Shown: positions 1 to 24,000 of the stretch, in pieces
Numbering within the stretch: the first letter of the stretch is position 1
Layout: every line of letters begins with the position of its first letter
Assembly (NCBI GenBank): GCA_964035545.1
Contig: OZ037767.1
Coordinates: 7,332,707-7,396,706, forward strand
Direction: 5' to 3'
Source of the DNA: Bugula neritina
Lineage: Eukaryota > Animalia > Bryozoa
DNA: 64,000 nt
Translations under genes and position numbers: made by a program
The notes under the pieces: model-generated
What the model was told of the DNA's origin: nothing
Database searches by the model: none
The model's input: the letters and a program-made list of their open reading frames with translations, nothing else

Positions 1-166
1 TATAAACATTATATATTAACATTATATCAGTATTATATATCTACATTATACAAGGATATTATATATCAATAAACTAACATGTAACTGCATTGCAAGCCAA
101 CCATTATTATTATATAGCCTTTGGTTATCACAAACCAAGTGGCAGACACTGAAATATAATGCATAC

Positions 167-9053
<8,887 letters not shown>

Positions 9054-10060
9054 TGTAGCTGAGATTCAGTAGATTACCTACAATAGGAAAAAGGTAGATA
9101 ACTTCAAATAAAGTGACAAATTCTCATTGCTATACTACTGAATATATAATAAAACAGCTCTGGATGAGAAATACTACAAGAACAAATGTTGTGCAAAATG
9201 TCAAAGACTCTAGGGAAAAACATTATTATATAGTCTTTACATTGTAGTACAAGCATGCTAAATCCTATTCAAATACACAATACAGTCATACAAGAGACGT
9301 ATACAAGATTTCACAGAACTCTACATATAATTAATCAAGCATTATTATTTCCACGTGTCAGTCAAATTTGTTTGTCACTGTAATAACAGGTATGTAAGAA
9401 TTCTTATCAATACTGGAGATTAATAGGATAAAAGGAGTCACAAGAATTTCAATATTAAATCAGCTGCCTAACACTCTAACCAGTCTCTGCAGCAAATTCA
9501 GTGTAACGTGACAATTAGCATCATTGAATCAATCTCCAACTCACCAGTGGTACTAATTATGTTAGCAGTAAGTCAATACATTATAACTGGGTTGAAAAAT
9601 TACCAATCATGGCAATGGCTGTCAATAGCTTGAAATATTCAAATTAAGTCCAAGTCCAAACGTGAATAGACTTGATATACTTAAAGCTCATTAAAGTTAA
9701 TCTCAAACCGCCACAACAATATTGAAACAACCACCACACAATATATTACTTGATCTGAGATGCATGGTAAAAGTTTGGTGCAAATTATGAACCAGATATA
9801 CGGAAAGAGAAAAAATTTAAAGCTAGGTTGCACATTATAGAGTCATTAATTTACTAACTTACAGTTAAACATTAAAACAATTATCAGTATACTACTTTAA
9901 GTACATGCTAAACTTCCTACATATACAATTCCCCACAACATTGCAGAGCAATTTGAAGATCATTACGCTGCATAACTATTTCAATAAATTCTTTAAACAG
10001 AATTGAACTGCTTCCAGTAAATAAACACATGCCAAAAAAGCAAAGTGCAGATAGAAAGTG

Positions 10061-10104
10061 AAAGTAGGAATTAGCAGTATGATTCTACTGCTAATTCCTA
10101 CTTT
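10061..10104. repeat. Perfect 19-bp inverted repeat with 6-nt loop
   Basis: AAAGTAGGAATTAGCAGTA-tgattc-TACTGCTAATTCCTACTTT. Confidence 0.9.
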
Positions 10105-11337
10105 GACTTACAGTTATACTTATAGGCTATCCCTATAGCTTTAACAGTTATAACAGAATCAGAACGACTGAGAGAATTAGGGTGTCAATATGATTGAATA
10201 TGAATATCAATGTGAAACTTAATGTCAAACTTGATGATTCATTCCAATTCCAAGACCAATGTTTATTAAACTAAGTCTAAAAGCAAAAACTAAAAGGAAA
10301 GTTTAATACTTATAGTTAATGTTATACTTAGTCTTGACACCCATACACTTACAGCAGTAGCATACTATTACATTTACTAATACTAACAGTTATACTTATA
10401 CTTAAAGCATTAGGCTTAGCTCTGCTAAAGGCCGAAAGGTTGGCCTTGAAGCTGAATTTGATCTTAAACTACCGACTACGTCTAGTTCTACGACTACTGC
10501 AACGCCAACTGCAAGAGAATGACTATGAGCCTTAAAATTTGTTGCTAGATAATTTAATGTTTGCTCAAAAGTTATGGTTATGCTACGTATAACATATACA
10601 TGATTAAGTTATTCGTTCATGTTATTGAGAATTAAACTTACTATTGAGTAGAGAAGTGAAAAATATGCAAGTCAAGGAGCACGGTCACTAGAACTGGTTT
10701 ATTCCCGATGACTGTTCAAAAACAAAATGAATAAGCAGTATCATAAGCCTAAGCGCGTTAAATTTTATAAGCCGTAAATTCGGTCTTATGTATAAAACAC
10801 CATATTAGTTTGTTCTTTTCAATAAACCTAGAAACTTAAACTATATACCTTTATTTCTATTGGCTGTTTAAACACACCTCTTTTTTAAGCAAATTAGAGT
10901 TATGCTCTCATGATAATATATTTTAAAGCCTGTGATCTATAAATTAAAATATTCGCTGAAAGTGATACCCTAGGATACTGAAAGTAAACGTATAATAAAT
11001 GATATGCTTTTTGAATTTAGGCAATTATTATTGACAATAAATGATCTAAGGTCAAACTATAGTCTGAGTTGCATTATTTTTAAAACATAATTGTCCCAAC
11101 TACAAAAATATAAGTTTAAACCTGCTAAGCATGAATTTTTTGTCATGGAGATAAAGAAACATCTCTGAAAATTTTGTACATGAAGATGGAGTCACTTTAA
11201 TTTTCATTTTAGGAATATAGTTATATACTTTATAATCAAATTATGATTTAAAGTAGTTATTAATCATGATGAATAAACATTACTAGTATACAATACAATG
11301 TGCATCACAACAAACAAGTATCAGTATTCCAAAACCT

Positions 11338-11560
11338 GTAATACTAATAGTAATAGTAAATGTAATACTAATACTAATAGTAATAGTAATACTAATAGTA
11401 ATAGTAATACTAATAGTAATAGTAATAGTAATACTAATAGTAATACTAATAACTAATAAGTAATACCAGTACTAGTAGTAATAGTAGTAGTAGTAGTAGT
11501 AGCACTACGAATATTACTACTAGTATTACTATTACTAATACTATTAGTATTACTAAGAGT
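11338..11560. repeat. (TAATAG/TAATAC/AGT)n low-complexity tract
   Basis: Directly visible, upstream of the first KIAA0825 coding exon. Confidence 0.85.
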
Positions 11561-12034
11561 AAGTCTGTAGCTGTAAGATAGAATAAAACACAACTCAAAC
11601 TTTTGGCACCATGTTGACTTAAAATGTGCTACAAGTTTATGTTTTTAGCTGCTCTGAAAGAATTGTTTTAACTTTATAAGCGGCTTTGAGTTAGGAGTGA
11701 TTGACTCTGAGTGCAGTAGTTTGGGGTTCTTGAGTTTGAAGTTCGGGTGTACCCCAAAAATATTTTTTAAATTTTTTCCTGCCATTTATTTATCTTCAAT
11801 GCTGACATTTTAATTCTCTGACAATTTATTAACTCATTGAAGCAAAGTATTTACATAATTCTGAGAAGGTGTAGCCCTTAACACTGTTTCTTTTATATTT
11901 TACAATGGTATCTTATTATTTAGCAGTGAATATTTATTACTGGTATATAAGTGTGAGCTACTGAGGTTTAAGTTTATAATTAACTTCTGTGAAATAACTC
12001 CTAAGACTGAATATTATCTGTAGATGCTTGAAAA

Positions 12035-15000
12035 ATGAGCCGAATTGTTATACCAGATGCTTCCCTCCTTACTCCTAAACAGAATCAAATTGAGGATAAG
12101 ATTGAGATAAACACTCAGAGGTTTGTTGTACTAATGCCTAGTTCTTATTAGATGTCATAACTTGACAGTTAGAGATCATCAAAATAATGTGTATCAAAAT
12201 ATTCTGTTTTCAATCAATACTGTGAACAGTTTTTATTACTTTTTTTAAAATATTCATATACGATTACTTATGAGCGGAAGAAATATTTTATCACATTTTC
12301 ACTTTATATTTGGCACACATAGTACCGATATCATCACAATGTGTTTGCAAAACTTTTAAACCAGGCGTCTGCAAGGTTAGGAGTTCAGCTAATCACCGGA
12401 AATGTAAGAACAGTAATAATCTGGCAAGTTTAATTTTGGAATCTTTATATTTACAAATTATATTGCTTAGCATGTATTTAGCATTGGGGAAAAATATTTT
12501 CTGAAACTGTAAAATTTATGATCGCCAACATTGTAGAATGGGCAAGTTTTGGTACTAACCAATTAAATGTTTTTCGAAACCGTAATTTTCCAATTTCAAA
12601 ATCTTGTGATGATAATGTGATAAAGTAGATATTAGTTAATGAATCATTTTTGCACAAAACCTACACTAAATTTTAGCTGACTACTCAGACTACACACCCA
12701 GCATCATTTCTCTAAGTTGATTATGTTAATCTAACCTCAAGAAATTTACATTAAAAACGTGCCCGGGGGTTGTCTTCGCATATCTCATAATCAGCCTGCA
12801 ACTCTTTTATATTAAAAAATTCTTGCCTAAGCATTGTTTGCACGTTTGCACATATCAGGTTATCAGTCCTCAATTTCTTTAATATGTTGTAAAACATGCT
12901 TTTATGGTTAAAACTTCTTTGTAAATTATTTTTTTATTAAAAGAACTTTCTATAGAATGACAAGTAAATTGTTTAACTTAATGTAAATGACTAAATCATC
13001 ATTGAACAACAACTCAACTAGAAGCCATATTCACACTATAATATACTGGATAGCAGAGGATAAAAATGTATTTTAGGATCCAGGAGTGTCTGGACTCCAT
13101 TGAAAATTTGCTACAAGACTTACCGTCTGCTGGAGACACATCTGACCTTGACCTTGAAGAGCGACTACGTCACGTCTCTAACTATCACAGTATTGAAAAA
13201 ACTGCATGCTATGAGCTAGACCTCGAAGACCTGCAGAGTTTTCTAACAAACATAGTTAGTCCTAAAAGTTCTTAGTAAATTATTTCTTTTCATTTTTAAT
13301 GATGACAAGCACAGCATAAGATGAAAGCAGGATATTAATTTATTCTTGTCTCTATCATTATTTCTTCAATAATTGGGTTATATGAATTAACACCTTCTGT
13401 TTATGAGATAAAATAATGATGCCAAAATTTTTATTTCAAATTGTATTTTAATTTTGCTACAGGAAGAAAACTGAATAATTTGTATTTTTTCTTAACTACA
13501 TGTAGTTTATCGCTTAGCCAATATATTGAGTATTTAGCCACGACAACATCTTTAGTAAACTTCAAGTGTGTTTAAAGGATTGCTCTATCTTGTCTAATAA
13601 ATGGCCATTTAGGTCAAACACATATAATATTGTGTTTTTCTAAGCATGCATTGACAAAAAGCATTTGACCAAAGGTAGAAAAAGTTAGTTGAAGTTGAGG
13701 GTGTAGATTGGTAACAGCCAAAACGCCGATTTTGAAATGAGCTGGGAAGTGTGACGTAACAGCGCCAGCATTCCTGCTGGTCACGTGACTATACAAATGA
13801 ATAACTATAGAAATATGACTGTGAGATGTAATCTTTTAGCTTGCAATTTGTATATTTATAGAAGTGCAAATGTGAATTATCTCAATCTATAGTTTTTTGA
13901 CATTTTAAATAACATGTATGTGAAAACATTAGGCTATATTTTGCTTGTAAACATTAGAAAAAAGCCTTGCAAAAGCATGCATTCTTTAGGATGAATGCTT
14001 GCGATCGATCTAAACTAAGTCAGATCGTGCAATATTACGGGCACACCAAAGCTGACCTATATAGCGCACTGTCACTGCTTGAGCGTAATTGGTTGATGTT
14101 GTGCCCAGCAACCTTGAATACTAGCGTTATAGTTAGCACGTGCAGCATAGTTACTGGCGTTCACACGTCATGTATTAGGCTATTCTTTTTCATGGCTGAA
14201 AATTTTACCTCCCTCAAAATTGGAATTTTGAAAAGCTGTTTTCTAGGCATATATCCCTTTGCAAAGTCACAATTGTTTGCATACACATTAGATTATAGTT
14301 TATAATTATAATGTGATTGTAATAAACTAAGATAGAGCAATCCTTTAAGTGTGTAAACTTCCGTTTTGTTTATGGAATGCATTATTGCCACCATCACCTT
14401 TGATCACCACAGAGTAACTACATAACAAAGAACCCAGGATCTGAGCAGTCAATTCTCTCTTTGCTACTCAACCTCTGCTCTCACACTGGACTAACTTTAC
14501 CATGGAAAGTGTGTGGTCAAGGTGGGCAGAGGGCTTCTGTGATGTCACTGAATGTTGTGAATGATGAAGATGAACAGGTACTTGCACTTGCTATTTTAAT
14601 TAATAGATCATGCATCATACATTGAAGTGCAACTGCCTTAGTTATATTTATATAATAATAAAATGTGTAAGATTATGGTATCTACAACCTATAAACATGA
14701 TTTTAAAGTTGTGCATAGGCTGACAATGGTGTATATATATTTTTGTATTTTATACAAGTACTGATTCCACTTCAATTAATTTATTTATATATATTTTATA
14801 AACTTGCCATTTGCCTTATCTGTAGATGTGTGATGCATTGTGGGAGGAAATTAGAAGGGCACTAGAAGATTATGTCGTCGCGTGTCTGTACCAGCTACCA
14901 ATTTCAGACGACAGTTTGACTATTAGAAGCAATCGATCTCAGTATATCGACAAACTACAGCTGCTAACTTCTACACGGCAGCTTTGTCAGCAGTACAGGT

Positions 15001-18000
15001 GTGCTAAATGATATGTTCACTTGGTTTTATTTTAATACAGGTTTACCCTCTTAATCTTTCTATAAATCGTTTTGATGTTTTGTCTTAAAATATCTCAAAT
15101 GGTCACAATTTATTAATTCAGTACAATTTTATTAAATTCTAATTTTTGCAGATCGTTGCGAGTTTACTGTCTCAATCAGTTGGTTAATGACCAGTTGTCA
15201 AGTGAGGGGAGCTCTGCTACATTCCCTCAAATAGTCAATGCATTTGATAGAATCTCAACTAATGTTATCACTATGATTGATAGTGACTTTCATTTACTCG
15301 TTTCTGGAATTTTTAAAAAGGTAATTCAATTTTCTGACGTGTAGTAGTTATAATAATTTAGTGTTTATACAAGCATTAAATACCATTTTTATTCTAAATT
15401 GTTTAAATCGAAGGCACCTCATAGATAACAAGGTAATGCTCTTGTGTTCCTACTCGTAGATGACAAGGTGTTGAAAACTTATATATTCTTAGTAGAAACA
15501 TATAATACGTACTGCTTTGACTTATAAAACAATTTTAAGTTTATTTTTAGGCATTAAAAGATCGTGATACAACCTCTGTATCTAAACTGGTTATATTTGA
15601 AAGCTGCATCAACCATTTATATTATATGTTTTACTGTTACTATTGTGAACAGATTTTGAGAAGAAATGGTGTGGTGGTTCGTGGAACTACCAGCAGCACA
15701 ACATGTAGGGTCGCGTAATTGACCCGGAACAATGGATAGCCAATTAGCGTAGTTGATAGTTAGCAGCAATTGTAGTTTCCCGCTGCTAAGGCAGTCGAAG
15801 CTAGAGTGTGAAATAGATTAGATGTGTAACTTGTTAGAAATAATGTATCGTGTTTTTATGATGTATAGTTGTGAATAAAATATACTCGTTCACTCGACTT
15901 AGCCTGGTGCAGTTCTATACTAGATAAATAGACTCTCTGGATAGCATATCAACCCTAATCTGAAAATTATAACAATATTTCTTTGTAAAAACAACAAAAA
16001 ATTTTTATCTGAAACTCTGTAAATGGCTCGGAAGTTGGGTTGAAAATTTAGCATTTGTTTTCATAAACTTTTTAAATGTGCTAGCAATTTAAGTCCCAAA
16101 AATCCTTTTAGCTCGATTAAATATTTTACTGCATAATGGTAAAATGATGGCTGTTACAGAATGCTTCAGCCATAAATTGCCTGTACACTGTGCATCAAAG
16201 TATTGTATTCAAAGTAACAAAGTGTATGTGCATTCATGTGATCCATGTATGTAAAACACAAATTTACGATTACATTTTTAGTCTGAGAATAATGTGAAAT
16301 TGTCTAGTCTGATTATTAGTTGCACTCTTGTAGGTTTCTACGACCTTTGAGGTCATTAGCTCCATATACTTTGACAAGCTGACAGATGAACTAGAGTCTG
16401 TGTTTGATGACTTGGGGAATGATTTGTTTGGTCAACTGGACAGTAAGTTAACCAGCAGACGTCAATCGGATATTGCTCTTGCTGGCAAACTTAAGGATAA
16501 GATTTCCAAGTCGAAGAGAGGTCGAGATAGAATTACTAGTACTGGAACAACTAGTATAGAAAGTGAAGTACGTTCTTTTGCATTTAATTTGTTAATTTTT
16601 TTTAATGTTTTAGTGTCGATGTACAATTGAATTTCATAAAATATCTCAATCATGTCAAATTATGATAAACTATTTTGACCAAGCTTAACATCAACTGACT
16701 TTGTTTTACTCTCTTGTGTTTATGTAGCAAAAGAAAATGGTGTAAATAGTATACTATCTTCTGTTTGGTGCTCAAAAAATTCTCATTAACAACATATTCC
16801 AATAAACCAAATTGCATAATTGGACGCATAATAAGTTAAAACATGTAGCAGAATGTGTAATTGACTTGTAACATCATTACCAGTTGGTGTGTTTATCTCC
16901 AGACTGCGTTGAGCTCCGAGATAGCAATGAGCATTGTACAGCTAGCTCGAGCTCTGAATAACATAGACAGTCATGTATACAACCTCTACCTCATGTCCTA
17001 TACGGGACTTCGTGGCACCTCCTCCAACTCTCTACACTCAGCTGACAGGATCCGAGGGGTAACTCACTTTAGTTGACTTTTCATTCTGGTTCATTTTAAG
17101 TGCAGAATTCCGTATAGTTTTTCAAGCTATAAATTAATTTAATAAATGTATTATTTTATTTGACAAGTTTCCTTTTGCACTTGTTTAGTATTTCATTCTC
17201 TTTACGTATCATGCCAGTTGTTCTCTAAGTTTGTATATTTTAACCAGGTGTTGAAATCAACCAGTGTAACCGACATCTCAGTACTCAGTGAATCTCTAAC
17301 CAGTGAAACCAGTGATCTGCCATCTTTTCTTCAGTCTAGTAGACTTCACTATCAGTTATACGACAAAGCTCCGCAGGTAAATTAAATTATTTTATAAATC
17401 TGGGTAAACTGATTTGTTTTAGTAGTTAATACGAAATTAACTGGATAAATTTGGTTGGTAATGGGTGATACTAGTGCTTATTTTTAAAATTTCAAGTTAT
17501 GAACAATAGTGATCAAATTATCAATATTCAGTAACTAATGATCTGCTGATTACACCTTAATAATGTTCTGCTGATTACACCTTAATAATGTTCTGCTGAT
17601 CACACCTTAATTATGTTCTGCTAGTCACACCTTAATAATGTTCTGCTGATCACCTACATATATGTTGTGTCTTCAGGTTGTAGACAAACCGTTGCATCAT
17701 GACAAGCCTCTGTTTCTCTGGCAGCAATCCTTGAAGAGATTTGTGTCTCCTCTCTCGGCATTCGTTGAAGCAACCATAAACTCCGCGGGTGCCGTGTGTG
17801 TGGCTCAGCTCACATCTGGTGGTACACTGGAGACTGTGAAACTGTGTCCTTCCATTAGAGGCAGTAAAATGGAGTATCCAGTCACCGTATGGAAGGTGGT
17901 TATATCACTTCTGTTTGAGAATTATTGCTTCCGTTATTAGTTCATTACTATTACTTTTATTAATAATTATTAAAAAACTAATTTTATTAGCCATTTTTTA

Positions 18001-21000
18001 GATTTAGCTGCATAGTTATATCATTCTGTCATTACCAATTTTTTTCTGACACTTCTAAAGTAGTTTTTATTTTATGCTTTCTAATTTTAAATTGAAAATA
18101 TTTTTATTCCAACTTAGACAATCTACATATTCTATTAACTAATCTTTTATCTTTTCGTGTATCTTGTTATTTACTTCATTGATTTTGATATGTAAGCTTC
18201 TGCCATTTAACTTGCACCAAATCTATTGACCTAGTTAAGTCCATTTCATTTCTTTGTGTACAAGTTTACTTGCTAATAATCTCGTTGACTTATACCAGTA
18301 GAGCAGTGAATGCAAGACATGTAGTATACTATGTACTTACAGCCAGTGGTAGACTTTGTTCTAGAGATGGAGAGCGTGTTTCCCTTGGCTCAGGCAGAGC
18401 ACACCCTTCTTAGTGTGAGACACACATTTATATCTGCTGCTATGTCGTGGTCTAAGAACTTACTGCAGGCATTTCAGAGTGTGGTGAGTCGTGATTATAT
18501 CCGGGTTAATGTCAGTATGTTTTTATAGTAAATCTTCAAAGTCATAGTTTAATTTTTTATTTTTCTACAGTCAGCCAATGTTGAAAGAAGAAGACGACTC
18601 CAGTAGATCAATATTAGCTATAGACTTAAATACTCATAGATTGTCCATAGAGGTTTATATTTTATCCCACAGTTTATTGATCATAATCAGGCGTTAATAC
18701 TGTGTTTTAGGTTGAAGAGAGAGTGAATATAACGTCAAGTAATAGCGTAATTCTAACAGCACTGAGTAGTCTTGCTCTTGTCAGGAACACACTCTATCAA
18801 TGTGACATCACTCTACAGAAGGACAATGAGAAGTATGTTTAGTATTAGTATAACTGTGTAGCGTTTCCTCCTCATGGTCTTTGCTAAGTTATCTAGCACT
18901 GCGTTGTGAGCCCTTGTACTACCAGACCAATCACAGCTATTTAATTTAGCATATACAGCAGTTTGCTTACAAATGACTTGCACATAATAGCTAACTTGCC
19001 CATTATAGCAACTCCCCAAATACTGTCTATCTATCTCATCATCGCTCAGTAGCCACATTTTTCTATAAATACATAATATTGTGTCCAACATCTTTTTTTT
19101 CTACGCATTTCTTCATATATGGCTGTTTTCTTTTATATGTGACAATCAAACACTGGATTTTTAATAAAAGTTCACTCAGATTTTTCAGATGTTTAGCTAG
19201 CTGTGTAAATATTGTATGATTTACTTCAATGAAATACACAGCACCGATTAGTCATACAATGTTATAAGATCTTCTTTGGGAAAGCTCTTACCAAATCCAA
19301 ACATGTACTGTGACATATAAAGTATATTCGGCACAGAAAATATATACGGCACAGGAAACTGTAGATATTCATGTGAAACTCACTTGTATTCCAGACAGAA
19401 CACGTTTGTCCTGGCCTACCACCAAGCATGTCAAGCTGTAGATTCCTTAGCCCAGCAGTACGTTGCCTTAGAGGTTGAGTTTATTAATAAATCTCTGCTG
19501 CACGATGCAGACAGCTTCAACTGGTCAGAAAATAAAGAGTTTTTTGAGGTACTTTCTAATATGCTTTCATATAGTATTAACCTGTGAATATTTATTTCTG
19601 ATTTAAGTTAAATGTTTAAACCCACAATAAAGCTATATTATTATTCTACACATTTTCCAATTTTGCCGAAAGGCGGCGAATTGCTTGCGCCCTCTTTACT
19701 TGTTTTACGTCATATTCCTAGAGATAATTTTGTTATATACGCAGGTGCATAAAATTGGTGTTTTAAAAATACAGGGTGGTATTTAATTAGCATACAGAAT
19801 CTTAGGTAAAGACACAAAAGATATACATATACCTTTTATGTATCTACTGGGTGCTTAATATGGTTTTAGTCGGAGAGATGCTCATTGCCAGTGCAGGCTT
19901 GGTCGTACCACATGCAGATGATGAGACTAGAGTTGTGGTCTACTTGCCCCCCTACTAACGCCTCATCCATGTTCTCCGATATCCTAAGGCAAACCTTAGA
20001 CAGCCTCACTCTTCTTTACCTGAATGTGTATCCATCCTACAGGCGCACCGAACAATACAGGTGATGTGAAGGACATAAATGCATACTATATAATACATAT
20101 CATGGCTTATATACTATGTGTTATGTTGTAGGCTAGACATCACTGTCATATTATATACACTGTGTTATGTTGTAGGCTAGACATCAATGTCATATTATAT
20201 ACAGTGTGTTATGTTGTAGGCTGGACATCACTGTCATATTATATACACTGTATTATGTTGCAGGCTAGACATCACTGTCATATTATATACACTGTATTAT
20301 GTTGTAGGCTAGACATCACTGTCATATTATATACAGTGTATGAGCTCATGTTTCACGTCTGCTCGAATTCCTCTCAGCTGTTAGACTTGGAGAGTGTGGC
20401 ACTGGAACAGCCCTACCTGACCATCCACAGCTGCTGCTGTAAACTCCTGGCTACACTCACTATTGTTGGATCACCATTAGCAGATCTATACAAGTGAGTT
20501 CATAATTTGTAGTTAACAAAACTTTTAAATTGGTAAACAATGGTTTAAGTTTTTAAAGTTATATAATACATTTAACCCATTTGATATATTAAGGTAAATA
20601 TTGAATACTAACAGCTAAAAAGATTAAATATTCCCTGTTGTCCCTAATACTAAAAATTTACCCATAAAGTGATCTTAGCGCAATAATTTTAGCAGTTTGA
20701 TTTTAAACTGAAATAAAATTCTTTGAAACCATTCAGTCATCCAAACTGAAATCTTAGTTGGAAATCGTGAAGGTATGAATGCACCCACAAAGTTCTATTG
20801 TGCACTTTGAAACAGACTGATTATAAAATATTATAAGTTAGATTAGACGGGTCTATCGTGTTTATAACTGATAGGGTGTACAAGAGGGGATATCAGAGGA
20901 GATCTAAACGCAGAAGACAAACCTCTGAGTCAGGAGAAGATGATTCAGGGTACTACAGCCAGTGGCTGTCATGGGTACAGCCGGATATAATACCTAAAGG

Positions 21001-24000
21001 GGTCACAAGGTGAGAACCTACTCAAGTAAAACATTATTGACATTTGCTTTTTTTATAAAAATTTAAAAACACTTGGAAAACTTGCTGGAAAATTTTAGAT
21101 GTAATGCATTTCATTTATGTAAGTTAAAACTCAGGTTTATCTACCCAGCACAAGCAGACACACACCTGTGTGGTATGGATATCGTCTGCTGCAACTGAGA
21201 ACTATTAAGGTATATGTAAGCATATTAACTTCAGTCACTATTTTTGTAGAGTGAGTGACATGCAGACAACAACAGCTTTATACATACAGATCAAACTGCT
21301 GCTTGCCCAACCTGAACCTCTGTGGAACATGTTGATACAGGTGAGCTAGTAGAGGCTACAGTCAATTGTATGAGTCAGTTTTATGAGTCAGCTATATGAA
21401 TCAGTTTTATGAGTCAGTCAGCTGTATGAGTCAGTTAAACTCTGATGAGTTTCATTGTGAGCAGAGAAACGTTGAAAATTAAAAAATATTCATAAACTTA
21501 ATTGAATTTCTCAAAAGATTTATAACCATGTTTAATTGCTATGTGTAACTCCTTCTGTTAGGTTAATCCTAAGTTATTTAGTTATCATCTTATCTGTCAA
21601 TGCTTTCAGTAGGTTGGTGTACATTTTAATCTATAGCGGTTTTACAGACATCGTATATATTTATAGTCTACACTCACTATACATTTTTGCCAAGTGTCCT
21701 GAAACATTGAGCACTGGAAATATAAAAAAAAATCAAAAGTAAAGATTCTGCAATAATACTAATATTGTGTGATGCGTTTCATTGCAATTTAATCTTGTAT
21801 TTCAAGGTTATTATAATGAAGGACTTCACTTTGCCTATCATGATTCTCACTCAACCTGACCTTAAAGTGACCTCTAGCAAGGAAACAATGATCCAAGGCT
21901 ATGCCAATCAAGCCTGCCAGTCTGATAATGGAGACTCGACTCATGCTAGTCAACAAGCCTTGTGCAACCTGGCATTTTGTGACCACACTTGTCATGGCTG
22001 CCAGGTGGAGTCTATCTTCGAGCTATTTTTGAAAATTCTCATCATGTGCAACAAGCCAACAGCACTGTATAATGTTCTTCTTCCAGTTGTTACCAGGTCA
22101 GCTTTCAAAAATGTATACTTTTTGGATAAAATTTCACCCTAAATTAAAACTTATGTTGAAAAAAATAAAGAAATATTTATTGACATACTTTTGATGCTGT
22201 GCTGGTAAGAGATATATTAAAGCTATATATTTATTAAAATTTAATTTCTTCTATATGCTAGAAGCACGAACAAATCAGGTCTTGTTAGTGTAATGTGGCC
22301 ATTTATATTCTGGGGACACAATTACTAATCAGAATTCATACTCACTTCTTATTCCTGAATTACCTGTTTTTTACAGTTAACAATGTGAGACATCAATTTT
22401 GTTTCGAACTTTATTTTTACTAACTAATGAAGAGGTCTGTGGTTTGTTTGCAGAAGCAACCAGTGGCATCTGTTACATCCAGAGAATTTCTACCAGAACA
22501 TGGTAAAACAGGTAAAAGTATAGTCAAAACCTACAGGGTTGATGGAAAAATTGTTTGCTAAAATTTTGTAAACTTGCTTTGTTTCAGTTCTAATCAGTTG
22601 CTATAGCTGTTCTAGGCCAGTTATAGTGTGGCAGTGGCTTTAAAAAGGCAGTAAATGCATGCAATTTAGATGAACAGTGCGTCATGCATTTACAGTAATA
22701 TTGTCAGCTGACCTAACTGTGATACAAGCTGATATGTTCCCTAATTATCTACCTGGCCGCATTTGGAGTGTAATTAAAAATGCTATCGGTTGCTACTAAA
22801 TAAATCAGGTTGCATTATTTGATTATTCTAATCATACCATGTTATTATACTAAAGAGTTATGTTCCCAAATCATTGTTTCATATTTATGTTAATATACCT
22901 AATCACCCATTTTTACTACTGTAAGGCTTATTACAATGCTTTACACACTTCAAAGAAAGGCAGAAGCCACTTTGCCTAAATGTCTCACTCAATATTTGAA
23001 CCACCTCAAGCTCTCCTTTTCAATACACCGCGTCTGCTCGTTACCTTGCAACACAACGTTGAGCCATGTAATTCTATGTAATATTATATATTGGATGTCT
23101 ATATAATGCTGCACATTATCCATTTAGTCTCCAGCATGGTTCACGGTGATATTGAGTGTGATAAAGGACAGCATCATGCCTGTGATAGAGTGTATAATAC
23201 TCACTGTCTGCCAGAAGCTCTCTGAACTCCAGAATACTTCACCAGACATTACAAAGTTCCTTCACGTGCTACCTTGTGGATGTCATGTTGATTCAGACAC
23301 AGATGATGGTATGAGGCTATGATTAACTGCTATTTTAGTACTACATGTTTGAAACTGTCTGATAGCTTGTAGACATAAACATAAAGCTGGAAATAAAGCT
23401 ATTGAATGTTTCACTATGCTGGCACTCAGAAAATATATTTTGCTTGAGATGGGGGTTTTTGTAAAACTTCTTCCATCACTAATATAGTATAGTATAGGGC
23501 TTTGAGATACTTTGTAATATATAAATCAAGTCATATCAGCAATGCTTCTAATACTTGCTATAATTTTCTATTGGCTACCACCTATGGGTTACTCCTACTC
23601 ACTACTATCTACTCACTACTAGTTACTACCTTCTCACTACTACCTACTGACTACTACCTACTGACTACTACCTACTGACTACATACTCACTACATACTAA
23701 CTACTCACTACTACCTACTGACTGCTACATACTACCTACCTACTACCTATCTACTACCTACTGTAGGTTTGTGATACGATATAATTCTCTCCTAGATTCT
23801 GAAACAGACTGGAATAATCTGGTAGTCAGTCAAGTTTTGAAACATCTGACAGAGGAGGTTTCCACTCTCCCCATATCAGTATGTGTGTTGTTAGAGAAGT
23901 TGGGGGGTCACACAAACCCCTCCAACAAATTTGAGAAGCTAAATGGTGACACATTTATTCTACAGGTCTGTACTACACAATTATAGCTTTATTCTCTGCT

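Noticed and set aside
13614-14305. ORFs inside the Kolobok-like element (duplicated at 59256-60293) as a transposase
   Set aside because: Short, with no DDE or other recognisable motif; conserved only because the element is duplicated.
21440-21480. Second hammerhead-like motif CTGATGAG...GAAACGTT
   Set aside because: Cores are present but stems I and II do not pair convincingly; at best a decayed remnant.
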